DNA of 64,000 nt from Lama guanicoe (taxonomy: Eukaryota): contig MU053792.1 in assembly GCA_013239625.1 (NCBI GenBank), forward strand, positions 1,258,112 through 1,322,111, read 5' to 3'. How positions within the stretch are numbered: position 1 is the stretch's first letter; every line of letters begins with the position of its first letter. Made by a program: the position numbers and the translations under genes. Below, in pieces: positions 1 through 12,665 of this stretch. Under the pieces are notes generated by a model that was given only the letters and a program-made list of their open reading frames with translations, was not told the origin of the DNA and did no database searches.

Positions 1-289
1 ATTCAGTGCTCGACAGGACATCGGGGGAAAGCCAGTTCCTAATTTGTATGTGATGCAAATAGGAACAAAATTAATGTCTTGCCTTTCCCTAGCAGTATTC
101 TTATTCCTTTGCTTCAATTACCTCTTTCCTCCTTTCCTTTCCCCTTCTACCTCCTCCACCAAAAGAAGCTGAGACTTTCTCAGAACACTTGATTCAAATT
201 GGTTTTAAGGTTGGCTCAACCCCATGAAATGACAGTGGCATAAACAATATCTGTACACATCCCAGACTTGATCTTGATTGTATTTGATT

Positions 290-331
290 TACACACACAC
301 ACACACACCCACCCACCCACCCACCCACCCA
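290..331. repeat. Compound microsatellite (CA)n-(CCCA)n
   Basis: acacacacac... runs directly into cccacccacccacc... Confidence 0.95.
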
Positions 332-1681
332 GGCTACCTCCCACTTGCTGAGGGAGAAGGACCACCTTTTCTGAGTTTTCATTCACTGAGCGTGAGAGCA
401 AAGCCTCTTTAGCAGACTTTTGCCTGGCTTCATGCGTGGTTTTTTATTGGATTTCTGCTGTGGCCAAAGAAATATTCTCCTAGTAGAAGAGAGGAAGTCG
501 AGACATAGACATTCTGAGATATTGGTGTCATCATATTTGAGTTGGAAGGAACTTAAGACAGCATAGGGTCATAACTTTTTATGGGTGAGAATCCATGATG
601 GTGTAACTTGGACTAGAACCTGGGTCTTCTGTCATCATGTCCACACGGATGAAGAGGCAACTGGGTAGGTGATTGCAGGGGCCCTTCTTGCTTGAGTTCC
701 AGGGTCTTGCTAGTTTTCATTGCTCAACTGCTTTTAGTTTATGTCCATGTGGCCTCTCATGGGAAGGTCACTCTGTCTTGATAGATTGAGTTTCTAATCA
801 GCAAAAAGCTCTGGACCCACTCATATTTCCCAGAGATTTTCTGCTGACCTGCTGACACTTTATAAATGAGACCTAAGAAACTACTGGATATAAAATTCCT
901 ATTATCACTTGCCCTCAAGTTCCATAGGTATGAGGTGCTGTCTCAGGCTGTCTTAAGGCTATATCTGAACAAAGATAGGGTCATAGGCTGTGCTGCTGGA
1001 CCCTCCCCAGTGGAATGGGATTCCCACCTTAGTGTTTAGAATCAGGCGGACCTGAGTTTTAGAATTGAATGAGCCAATCCCCTCATTTATTATTAAAATG
1101 CTGATCGCATGGTTCTGTGCTGGTGCCTGGGTAGCTGATTACTGAGGGACTCGGCAGTGAGAATGGGGGTGGGGCCCCCTGGATCATAGAGCTTATATTC
1201 CAGGATATGCTTGTAAAAGACTGGGTGTGCAGTGGGTTTTAGTAAATGTCCATTCCTTTCCTAATCCCCATTGATTATGTATCTTTATAGTAATATATGA
1301 ACAATTTTCTTATTGCAGTTTAAATCTCTTTGTAGTATTTAAAATATGTAGCTATAAACCAAAGTACATGAAATAAAATTATTTGACTTTTATTTTCCTT
1401 TCAATAAGCAAAACAAAACAATAGAAAAAAAAGTTTTGAAGGAGTAGAAATAATTTTATTTCCATGAAATCAAGTCCCTGTGTTAGTTTTTTTGGTTTTG
1501 TTGTTAAACAGTATATAAAATTGATTAAGATTTTTGACTTCAGTGTTGATAGTTAAGTAAGAATAGTTTCTTTTTGTGGTTGTCTTTGATGAATTATTTG
1601 CACCAGATCATAGATGATGTACATGTTACATATTGGAAACGAGGAAACAGTGAAGACATACTACCTCCAATGCAGTCATTT

Positions 1682-2227
1682 TGTTACCGAGTCTAAGCAC
1701 GGTTTGCTTGCCACATGACAGGCCAGTAAATCAGGAGATGAGGTGCTGGGGCAAGGAATAGTGACTTTATTTAGAAAGCTGGCAGACCCAGAAGATGGCA
1801 GACTGATGTCCTGGAGAATCATTTTCTCCAAGTCAGAATTAGGGGTCCTTTTATATTAAAAAGGGGAGGGGGTGTGGTTGGTTGTTATAAACTTGCTGTA
1901 GGAATTGTTTGTTCATGCAGCTGTCCCTGTGGGTCAGGTCATGGTGCCCCAGTAAAACCTCCAACGAAAGAAATGTTATTTGCTATTCTGCAACTTACTA
2001 CATTTATCTAAGTGCACAAGTGTCAATATCCATTTATCTAAGTGCACAAGTGTCAATATCCTTAAAGGTCAGAGCCTTGAGAATAGGCTCTCCTGTCTCT
2101 TTCAGGCTAAAGGCAACATTGTTCTACAAAAGGTGCAGAACCAGCAAGGCTAAGCCTAGTAAACAGCACAGGGTTAAAGCCAAAGGAGCAGACCTGACAG
2201 GAGTCAGATTTGTTCTTTCCTATTACA
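1682..2227 (-). mobile_element. Solo ERV1-class LTR
   Basis: TG...CA termini (tgttacc...tattaca) and a 4-bp TSD ATTT (1678-1681 / 2228-2231). Minus-strand AATAAA at 1766-1771 and a TATA-like motif near 1850. A second family copy lies at 48684. Confidence 0.9.
2001..2060. repeat. Perfect 30-bp tandem duplication inside the LTR
   Basis: catttatctaagtgcacaagtgtcaatatc x2. The 48684 copy has a single unit. Confidence 0.95.
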
Positions 2228-3383
2228 ATTTCTTTTTCTACCTCATAAATAATTTCAGTAAGAAACAAGAGCAGTTTTGCATTTTTGCGTCTTAATAACC
2301 GGTAAGTGGGCTGACTGCGTTTTTGTGAGCAGGGATGCTGTGTGGGCCTTGGGGTCTCAGCAAACTCTTGTTGGGGGTGGTCGACCCTCTAACATGCCTG
2401 ATGCCCCGTTAGTGTTGGTGAGGGTCCCCCTAGCCAGGGGCTCTCTTCAGGCACCAGCATATGGGCATTGACCTCTGGAGACCTCTTTCTCAGCTGCAGG
2501 AAATTTTTTCAGGTACTGTGATTGAAAAATCACTCCAGCTGGGGATAATTAGGGGAAAAAGGAAAAGGATTTTTGGAGTAGAAGAGAAGGGCAGAAAAAC
2601 AGGGAGCCTCGGGGCTTTGCGATGGGGCCTTGGGGGCGAGAACAGCAGGGGTGGGGAGGGCCTGGCTCTGGATCCAGCTCCTGCACCTGTTCCCGCGCCC
2701 AAGCCACATAGCTTTTAGTTAGCCGGGGCCCTCTCCTGGCTGGATGTCACCTTGGGCACATCCTTGAGAACTGAAGGCAAGGGGTGGGCAGCACTCACCC
2801 AGGGGGTCACTGAGGACTTCGGTCAAGTCCATGGTGACTTTTCTGGTCATGTGTCTTCACTTGTTCTTCATCTCAGGATCTGAGGAGCAGAAGCAAGGAA
2901 CTCAGGGAGAGATCCAGGAAGACATCCAACTGTGTTAAGAGAGGACAGACACAGTGACATGGGGAGTGAGGACTTTCGCAGCAAAGTAAAATGACTTCAC
3001 AACTACTGCATCAGAGCTGCAGGTGTGAGAGAGCCCAAGCCTGTCTCAGAGTGCAGGGGACAAGCGGAAAGGAAAGGTAAAATTTCCACTGACAATTGAA
3101 GTTGTGTAAAATAGCCTGCTACTGTTGGTTGTATCACTTGAATGAATGCAGGCCTATTTCTCAGGGCATTTATAGGTTCACTCAACCCCACCAGCCCCTC
3201 TTGCCCCCATCGGGGATGGGCTTTCTCAAGACCAGTGCCCCTTCTGCTTGGGTGGGCCACGCTGCGGGTCCTCGCCTGGGGCCGGGCTGCTGCAGGACAC
3301 TGAGTCCCTGAGGCACGCACGGCCTGTGATACACGACAGGAACATCTCTGCTCTTGACTGAGGGCCTCCTTTTCCCCCTGCAG

Positions 3384-3507
3384 TGTAAGAATGCCGGTGA
3401 CTGAGTTAGAAGCGTACATCTAAGCCGTCTGTGTCCTTGCCATCCAGAAGCATAGCCTGGAAGCTTCCGAATTTCTCCAGAATGCGGTTGCCATTCACCT
3501 TCAACAG
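3384..3507 (+). pseudogene. Candidate degenerate exon (124 nt), unidentified
   Basis: Acceptor cttttccccctgcag and donor CAG|GTGAGT. One frame reads [40 protein letters not shown], with a single stop. Confidence 0.5.
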
Positions 3508-4059
3508 GTGAGTGTGTGTTCTCTTGCAAGTGGAGGGATTACTGCAGTTTTCCTGGAACTTACTCACCGCTAGTCCATCTGATTTTTCTGTGCTAGGATT
3601 CAGTATGGCCTGCTATAAACTCTGGAGTCAGATCTTGAAACCCTGATGAAGAGGGTTATTTATTTTATTTCCTATATGATAGTCTTTTACTTTCAAAATT
3701 CAGGATTTTCGATTCTTTCAGGATTTTTGGGGGGGTTGGAGAAACAACTTTGCTCGCACCAGCTTTGCAACCTGTTGCTTTGTTCCTCTCACCTGTCTTC
3801 TGTGACTTGCGAGGCGGTTCCATTTGTGACCCTGTCCGGGTTGTTCATGTTATAAAACATGAAGTCTGTGAAAGTGTAGTTCCTTTTACTCTGAAGGCAT
3901 TCCACAAATACTACTTAAATCTGGGTGTGGTTTTAAGAAGACAGAATCATTAGAACACATACTTGCAGGTTGCTAGTGCAAAATCCCCAAATCAATAGTC
4001 TAGCTCAACATCTAAAATCTTTCTAATCTACCTTGGATTTGTATGGATAAGTGAGGCAG

Positions 4060-4640
4060 TTTGCTAAGAACCCAAGACCAGGATTAGAATACAGGCTGGT
4101 GTAGCTCAGCAGGTCCTCCCGAGCTGGCGCTGTGCCAGAGGGTCGGACCGAGGGGAGAGGGCGTGTCCTGCCCTCCCTGAGCTGACAGTTTCATGGCAAA
4201 GACCTTCACCAGGTGAAGAACTTGGAGTTTTTTCTAAGAACAGTGGGTTTGAAAAGAAAGGTCTTAAAAGCACAGGAGGGACACAATCCTATTTGTCTCA
4301 AGTAGGGGACAGTGGTGGGGGGCCACTTGGGAGACTCGTGAGTCCAGGTGGGCAGTGTTGGTGGCTTCCACCTGAGCGGTGGGACGGTAAGTGGGAAAAA
4401 GCGAACAGATTGAAGGCATATTTAGATGGTAAAATGAAAGAATGAATGGTGTCTGTGAGGGTAGGATGGAGTAAGGCCTAGGTTTCTGGGTGGATTAATG
4501 AGGTAAATGCTGTGCTCTTAGGAGGGAAAGCTGCAGAAGGAGTTCTGGGGGAAAAGTGATGAGTTCAGCTGTGGGTAAAATGAAAGACTGTTAGATGTGT
4601 GGTCTGGGAGCTCAGGTGAGAGTCAGTAGTGAGTAGGGGG
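4060..4640 (-). mobile_element. Degraded L2 fragment
   Basis: L2-like 3' region motifs (e.g. gcatatttagatggtaaaatga, gatgagttcagctgtggg). Boundaries approximate. Confidence 0.55.
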
Positions 4641-7109
4641 AGGGAAGAGAGACTTTCAAATCATTTTGTCTTGTGAACATATGAAAAAGTATGAGTAATA
4701 AGACACTCATGCCTCTGCCTTCTGGATTTAACCCATTAACATTTTGCTATATTGACTGCAGAGGTTCTTAATTTTTTTAAATAGAAATAAAATAAATAGA
4801 AGCAACATAGTGGAGTTAATGAACACCTTAGAGTTGATGTGTGTCCTTGTATGTCATTTTGATACCTCGTCTGTTTATAACCGTAATCTATAAAAAGGTA
4901 ACTAGTTTAGCATAAGAGTTAAACAGAGGGACGTGACACACACTGTTGGGGCTTGAAGCTGATCTTCTTGGGCAAATTACGTCGCCTCTCTGTGCCTTAG
5001 TTCCATCTTCTGTGACGGCCCCCGGGCCCCTCATCACAGCTGATTTCCTAGACTAGATGTTGGGAGGGAGGCTGCTGTAGGGAGTGAGAAGTGGCAACTG
5101 CAGGGACACTGGAGAGAGAGACAAAAACAGAGTAAAGCCGATAAGCTGAGTACAAACAAATACCCTCAAAAGAGAAAGAATCCCACGGTGTTTTGAGCCA
5201 CTTCGCGTAAGGGAAACAAAATCACGTGGACCCAAAGCTCTTGAGAATATGACTATTGTGGGTGGGCAGGTGTCATCAGGAAAGGGTTGAGAAAAGGCCT
5301 TTTGGTTTCCCTTGACGTTTCCAGTAAGGATGGGCGGCAGAAGCAAAAACCCCCCGCTTCAGTGGAAGCTGCTGTTCTGTGCGAAACTGAGCAAAGGATG
5401 GAAACCAGTCATCAGCGGTGCTGGCAAGTGAACAGACTTCTGGATTGGGTGGGGCACTTGCTGTGACTTCCTGGTGAGCTGCTGGCTGGGGGCTGCGAGG
5501 TGGGCAGTAGGTTTACAGGGTGGCCCAGGCATAATCCCTGGGTCTGAGGCTGCTGGTCTGATTAGCAGACCTGGGCACACGCAGTCCTAATGGGGCAGCT
5601 CGGGATGTGGCCTGGGACACCTGCTGTGCTGAGGGCGAGAGGAGGGCTCCCCTGAGGGGGTGTCCCTGCGGAGAGTGGAAACGTCCTCCTGCAGGGGAGG
5701 AAGAGCCTCTTAGCAGGGGGCCGGATGCGCAGGCAAGACCAGCCTGAGCACGGAGGGCTCAGGGAGCCGGAAGTCATACAGTGGCCCGAGCAGCCTTGTT
5801 CCTGAGAAACTGGAGGGAAAAGATGGTGAAAAGGCAGGCTAGGGACAGACCCTGTGGTGGGTCATGAGTGACAGGAAAGGACTGGTCAGGTGGGCACGAG
5901 AGAACCCTGTGGGCGTCCCAGCTGGGGTGTCACGCTGGAGGGGAGGAGCAGAGTTATGGAGTTTGCCACTTATTAGCTGCGTGACCTTGAGCAAGATCAC
6001 CCCACCTTTGTCTATATATATCTTCATCTGTAAAGTAACAGAATGATAAGCTCATGTCATCAGAAGGCTTAGTTTAGTTCTGATCCTCGGTGTCCAGTCC
6101 TGTCAGTGCTGCCCTGCAAGGTTCTGCAGCGGCTGCTCTTGCCCTGAGATGGGAGGGCGTAGAGGGACATCTGTAGTATCTGAGGGCAGGCGGGGGCTGC
6201 TTTAAAAACAGACATGTAGCCGCCTGCAGCTGCAGACCTGCAGGCAGTTCGGCTGACAGTCGTGGAGAGGACTTTGGAGAACTTAGCATTGTCTTAAGAC
6301 TTGCTTTCCCTTGGGGACTGGAATTGCCTTTGCAGATGAATGTTTAAGATTTGGGCTCCTGGCAAAGCTGTTTTCAGAGATTGGTATATATGTAACATAT
6401 CGTATAAAATAAAATGCTTTTATTTAATGTGTGGGACTTTGCAGCTGCTGAGAACAGCTCTGTTGGCCTGGTCTCCACGGAGGACACTTGGGGTCCTCAG
6501 AGCATGCGGGGGAGAAGGCAGCCCGCTGTGCTGCTGCAGGTGTATTCTCCCCAGCACGGCACTCTGCTGAATTAACTCTTCTCCGAGCTTGGTTGCCAGA
6601 TGAGCAGACAGCAAAGTAATGAGTTCTGGTGGGATTTTATAATGAGAGGAACAAAGAGGGACCCATAGATTTTCTGGACTATGACATGCTTTTGGTTCTT
6701 GATCCAGTGTGTTCCATTGTGGAATTGATGAGTGTGTGTCTGTTCTGGGTCTGATTTGGGCTAATCTGGAAACTTGGAAAGAAACTGAGATGGAATTATT
6801 GCAGGTATCTTGTGCTTTAATAAGCCCTGTGCAAACATAAACACGGATGAAGTATACATTTGGATTTGGTGGTGTAGGGAAGAGTTTCTGCACATCACAG
6901 GGAAAGGCAAGGCAGAATTCCTCTTCTTTGTGGGCAGGGATGTGGGTCCACCTGTCTTTTCTGTAGCGGTTTCAGAGAGCAGTTGATGGTAATTAACCAG
7001 CACTGACAAACGGTGGCACACATTGCATTTAAGAGCTGGCCGGCTGCAAACTTGTGTATTGGACAGGTGGGTTTCACAGGCAAGTGGTCAGGGGGGATAG
7101 GAGAGAGAT

Positions 7110-7325
7110 GGAGCCCAGGCCTGGGCACCCCAGCTTGAGGTTTAAATTGCCATTTTCTCACCTTAGGACCTTGGACTAGAATATAACCTCCCTCAGCCTG
7201 TTGGTGAATCTGTAAAATGGGTGTGATAATACTCGCTTCTTCCTGGGTTTGTTGTAAGTTGTAAACAGTATTATAACACACGTGAAGCACTTGACACACT
7301 GTTTGGCACTTAGCAGTGTTCACTG
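7110..7325 (+). mobile_element. MIR SINE
   Basis: Core motif ...tctgtaaaatgggtgtgataatactcgcttcttcctgggtttgttgtaag... Confidence 0.75.
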
Positions 7326-9289
7326 TTTGCGTCCGCCCCTCTTGGCGTGTGTCAGCCGTAAAGGCAGCATGTGTCTGTTAGGACGCACTGGTAGCCCCTT
7401 GGCTAGGTTGTGAATTGGGTGGTTTCCTTTAATCCTTGTAACTCTGTGTGCCATGGGCAGTTATTTTCATGGACAGATGAGGAACCTCAGGGTAAAGAAG
7501 ACTGTGTAATTTGCCCAAAGTCAGACCATAATTTCGGGTACAGGGGCCTCGTTTCAGCATGGGCCCCTGGGCCTTCTGCCCTCTCCGTTCAGCACCAGAG
7601 CCAGATGCAGGGTCAGCTGTCTCCCAGCCCAGAATATCCAGCAGGCAGCAAGACACACTGGCCCTGTGCTGCTTGAGCAAAAACTCTGGAGGGGAGGCAG
7701 CTACTAAAGAGATAAACAAAAACAGACGACTGCAAACTGTGATCAGCTCTGAGCAGGAAAGGAACACGTCTCGCCGTGCAGAGCTGGGAGCTTTCCTGTT
7801 GGGGCTGCTCTGGGGGTGTTCATCTCAGCTAAACAAGCTCTGCTCCTGCACCAAGGCAGGAAGGCAGGGCGCATGTGACCAGGTAGACTGGGCCTCGATG
7901 ATCATACTCTTTCCCCATTAAGCGGCAGCTCTCACGGGCACTTAACCTGGTAAACATGTCGGCCATAATCATCACGCACTTTGCTTGGTATTTGTATTGG
8001 CCCCACCTTTGAGATGAGGTCATTGAAGCTGGGGAGTTTGCTGCATGCCCATGATTACCTTGGAAACACCCCCACTGGTCTTCAAACCTAGACTGGTGTG
8101 GCTGTCATGTCCCAGCTCTGTGAATGGCATCGTATAGCTTCCCCCAAGTGGCTCAAATGACTGACATTGAGTTTCTTAATTTGTAGGAAATGGTATGTGA
8201 CAATAAGGGAAAACTGTAGTAAGGAATTGCTTGGAAAACTAGAAAAAAGCCCAGTGCTTCCCCAGCTGGGGGAGCGTACCCTGGGACCAGTGTCATCACT
8301 GTACTCACTACCTGGCACCTCCTCCCTGCTGACCCTGTGTTCAGAAGCCACTCTGAGCCGTTGAAGACATTTTGCCTCATGACATTGTTGACTAGGACCT
8401 ACGACCTCTCTGTCCCTGGTTAACTCTCTCTTCAAAGCCATTTAAGTTTTATGCAGACTCCTCTGCTCAGATGTAAGAATAGCCTCTTTAAACTTCTTGA
8501 TGCAGCTCCTTAATGAAGATCTTGGGAAGGAAACCTACCCAAAACCTGGGAGGTGTGCACATAGTGACTGCAACCTCAGCACTTTGTGAAGTTCAGAATC
8601 AGAGGGGTGGGTGACTCAGGAAAGGCTTTTTTAAGGTAACAAGGGGAAAGTGAAAAGATGCAGGCTCTGTGAGACTGAAACATCTCGGTCCCAGCCAGCA
8701 AGGCACCTGCGTTCAGGATGCTGTGTGGGGAGTGCAGAGTTCTCACAAAGAAAGAAGAGGTGGGATGGGATGGCAAGAAAGTCAGGTTCTTAACTGGGGA
8801 AGGAAAAAGAGGGGGCTGAAAACTTCTTGGTTGAACAAGAGGACTGTGACATGACGTTGTATTAGGAGAGAAGGGTTTTGTGAGGACAGGCCTCGGGAGA
8901 ACGCTCTCTGGGTGGGAAGTCAGCACAACAGAGAACCGGGCAGACCCGAGGGCCCCTGCTGGGGGAGGGGCTGCCTGCCAAGCTCAGCCCTGGGGGCTGC
9001 CTCTGTCCCTTAGCTGGGGCCTCAGAGCTCCCTTCACAGCCCAGTCCTGTGATGACAGGGAGAGCAAAGGCCGGGCTGAAGCACGAGCCACATACACCTC
9101 CTTGCATTTAACAGGGGGAGGGTGGGGTGGGCCTGAGGATGGCAGTGGGTGGTGAGAAAGATGTTTCAGATTTTCCCACGTGGGACCTGTGGACCTGCCA
9201 GTAGCTGCTGCAGATTTATCTCCCAGGCATTACAGCTCCTGTCACCCATCTTCTGTTTCTTCTTTTTCTTTTTTTTAAAGTATTTAAAT

Positions 9290-9427
9290 TTAACTTCTCT
9301 TTCTTTTTTGGAGGGGTAGGTAATTAGAATTATTTATTTATTTGTTAGTGGAGGCCCTGGGGCTTGAACCCAGGACCCGGTGCTCGCTAAGCACGTGCTC
9401 TGCCACTGGGCTGTACCACCCACCCCA
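9290..9427 (-). mobile_element. Camelid tRNA-Ala-derived SINE (Vic-1-like)
   Basis: The reverse complement resembles tRNA-Ala(AGC), followed by an aaataaataa...ctaattacc tail and an A-tract. Confidence 0.85.
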
Positions 9428-10436
9428 TCATCTTTTTCTTTTTGCTTCAGCTGCCAAGAATCTTAGAGCTGGATCTCTAATTGGCCTTTAACACTTGCCC
9501 CGACTTCGTGGCATGCATTTTTATGGCTTTACCTCCCCTTGGTTTCATTTAAGTATTGAATCCCCATTTTCTCTTCACTCTCACTTTTGTCTTTTTGTTG
9601 TCTATGGTGGTTAAATTTTGTTTAAAAAATTGTTTCATTTCTCTTTCAGCAGGAGGCTGAAAGTAAATGTGTAAACAGACTGTATCACACTTAACTGCTT
9701 TTATACATTCTGAGCTGCTAGTTATTTAAAAACAGTTGAATATTAAAGTGATGACATTTTAAAATTAGTTTTTAACTTTCTGTAAAGGTATAGTTGATTT
9801 ACAATATTATATAAATTTCAGATGTACAATAGATTCACAATTTTTAATGTTGTGTTCCATTTGCAGTTATTGTAAAATACTGGCTGTATTCTCCGTGTTG
9901 TACAGTACATCTTTGTAGCATGTTTATATTACATGCAACCATTTGTATGAGAAAGTTGGGTAAGGCAGGCCGTCTGGAGCGGGGGCTATGTCTGACTGAG
10001 GTTCACGGTCACTGTGCCGAGCACGGTGCCTGCTAGAGCCTAGGCCCCCCTGCTTGTCAGGGAGAGAGTGGAGGCAGCTCTCCCCAGCCCTGGCACCACC
10101 CTCTAAGTGGCAGTGACAGCACTGACTGACTGTGGACGTGCAGAGTGTTGTTCCAAGAGCTTTACAGGTATGTCTGGGTTTAATCCTTAAAGCCCTCCTG
10201 TAAGGAATTATTTTATGTTTTCCTAATGTATAATACACTGTATTTTGAAAGACTTCAAACCTCTGGAAAATTTTCAGAAGTTGCACAATGAACGCTTAGA
10301 TACCCTTCACCTAAAAGGGCAGCATTTGTCCTTTTGTGTCTGGCTTATTCACTTAGTGTAATGTTTTCAAGGTTCAACCATTTTGTAGCCTGAATCAGTA
10401 CTTTGTTTTGGCTTGATAATATTCTTTTTATTTTTT

Positions 10437-12665
10437 AATTTCTTGTTTTTGTTTGTCTTTTGGTTTTTAAAAAAATTTTATTGAAGTATAGTCAGTTTAC
10501 AACGTTGTGTCAATTTCTCACGTACAGCACAACACTCAGTTATATAGGAACATATATACTCATTTTCATACTTTTTAAACATAAGTTACTATAGCATATT
10601 GAATACATTTCCCTGTGCTATACAGTGTAAACTTTCTGTCTATTCTATGCATAGTAGTTGGTATCTGGAAATGTTGAACACCCAATTTATCCCTTCCCCC
10701 CACTGGTAACCATAAGTTTGTTTTCTATGTCTGTGAGTCTGTTTCTATTCTGTACATAGTTTGTCTTTTTTTTTTTAAGATTCCACATATATATGGTATT
10801 TTCTTTCTCTTTCTGGCTTACTTCACTTAGAATGACATTCTTCAGGTCCATCTTATTGCTGCAAATGACATTATTTTACTATTTTTTATGGCTGAGTAGT
10901 ATTGCATTTGTAAATATACTGCAACTTCTTTATCCAGTCATCTGTCAGTGGACATTTAGGTTGTTTCCATGTCTTGGCTATTGTAAATAATGCTGCTATG
11001 AACATTGGGGTGCATGTATCTTTTTAAATTAAGGGTCCCTCTGGAAATATGCCCAGGAATGGAATTTCTGGGTCATATGATAGGTCTATTTTTAGTCTTT
11101 TGAGGAATCTCCATACTGTTTTCCACAGTGGCTGCACCAAACTGCATTCCCACCAGCAGTGTAGGAGGGTTCTCTCTTCTCCACACCCTCTCCAGCATTT
11201 GTCATTTGTGGACTTTTGAATGATGGCCATTCTGACTGGTGTGAAATGAAACCTGATTGTAGTTTTGATTTGCAATTCCCTGATAATTAGTGATATTGAT
11301 AATTTTTTCATGTGCCTAATAGCCATTTGTATGTCTTCATTGGAGAATTACTTGTTTAGTTCTGCCCATTTTTGGATTAGGTGGTTTGTTTTTTGTTATT
11401 AAGTTGTATGAGCCATTTATATATTCTGGGAATTAAGCCCTTGTCAGTCTCATCTTTTGCAAATATTTTCTCCCATTTTTGTAGGTTGTGTGTTTTGCTT
11501 ATGGTTTCCTTTGCTGTGTAAATGCTTATGAGTTCAATTAGGTCCCATTTGTTTATTTTTGCTTTTTTTCTATTGCTTGGGTAGACTGTCCTAGGAGAAC
11601 ATTGCTGAGATGTATGTCAGATAAGTTTTGCCTATTCTTTCTTCTAAGAGGTTTATAGTGTCTTGTCTTACATTTAAATCTTTAAGCCATTTGAATTTAT
11701 TTTTGTTTATGGATATGAGGGAGTGTTCTAACTTCATTGATTTACATGCAGCTGTCCAGTTTTCCCCACATTATTTGCTGAAGAGACTGTCTTTACTCCA
11801 TTGTATGTTCTTGCCTCCTTCATCAAAGTTTAATTGACCAAAAGCTTGTGGGCTTATTTCTAGGCTCTGTTCTGTTCCATTGATCCATATGTCTGTTTTG
11901 TACCAATACCTTAGCTCTGTAGTATTGCCTGAAGACTGGGAGGGTTATTCCTCCAGCTTCATTCTTTTTCTTCAGTAATGCTTTGGTAATTCCCGGTCTT
12001 TTGTGGTTCCATATAAATTTTAGGGTTACTTGTAGTTTTGTGAAAAATGTCCTGCGTGATTTGGTAGGGATCGCATTAAATCTGTAAATTACTTTGGGCA
12101 GTATGGCCATTTTAACAATATTAATTCTTTCAGAGCAACAACATGGGATATCCTTCCATTCCTTTAAGTCCTCTTTCGTTTCCTTAGTCAGTGTTTTGTA
12201 ATTCTTCGCATATAATTCTTTCATGTCCTTGGTCAGATTTATTCCTAAGTGTTTTATATTTTGAATGCAATTTTAAAAGGGGCTATTACTTTCGTGTAAA
12301 GAAATGCCACTGATTTCTGTACGTTGATGTTTTGTCCTGCTGCCTTGCCGAGTAGTAGCTTTAATACTTTTGTGTGGAGCCTTTAGGGTTTTCTATATAT
12401 AGTACCATGTCACCCACATATAATGAGTTTTACCTCTTCTCTTCCAATTTGGATCCCTTTTATTTCTTTTTCTCCTTTAATTGCTGTGGCTGGGAACTCC
12501 AATACTGTATTGGATAGAAGTGGCGAGAGTGGGCACCCTTGTCTTTTTCCAGATTATAGTGGAAAGGCTTTCAGCCCTCTTGTTAGAGTATTATGAAGAC
12601 TGTAGGTTTGCCATGAATAGCTTTTATACTGTTGAGATATGTTCCCTGTATACCCACTTTAGTAA
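10437..12665 (-). mobile_element. L1 fragment (3'UTR plus ORF2 C-terminal part), defective
   Basis: T-rich tail at about 10440-10480. ORF2 remnants [30 protein letters not shown] (11024-11326) and [21 protein letters not shown] (11823-12224), with frameshifts. Confidence 0.95.

Larger units (their letters stand above)
1607..2301 (+). pseudogene. Candidate degenerate exon of an unidentified gene, interrupted by a solo LTR
   Basis: Pyrimidine-rich tract and CAG acceptor at 1604-1606. 25 open codons (IIDDVHVTYWKRGNSEDILPPMQSF) run up to the LTR. 70 nt follow the LTR and end at the strong donor CCG|GTAAGT (2302). The frame has stops after the LTR. Protein not recognised. Confidence 0.4.

Noticed and set aside
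11024..12224. L1 ORF2-like ORFs as functional CDS
   Set aside because: Fragmented by frameshifts, with ORF1 and most of ORF2 missing.
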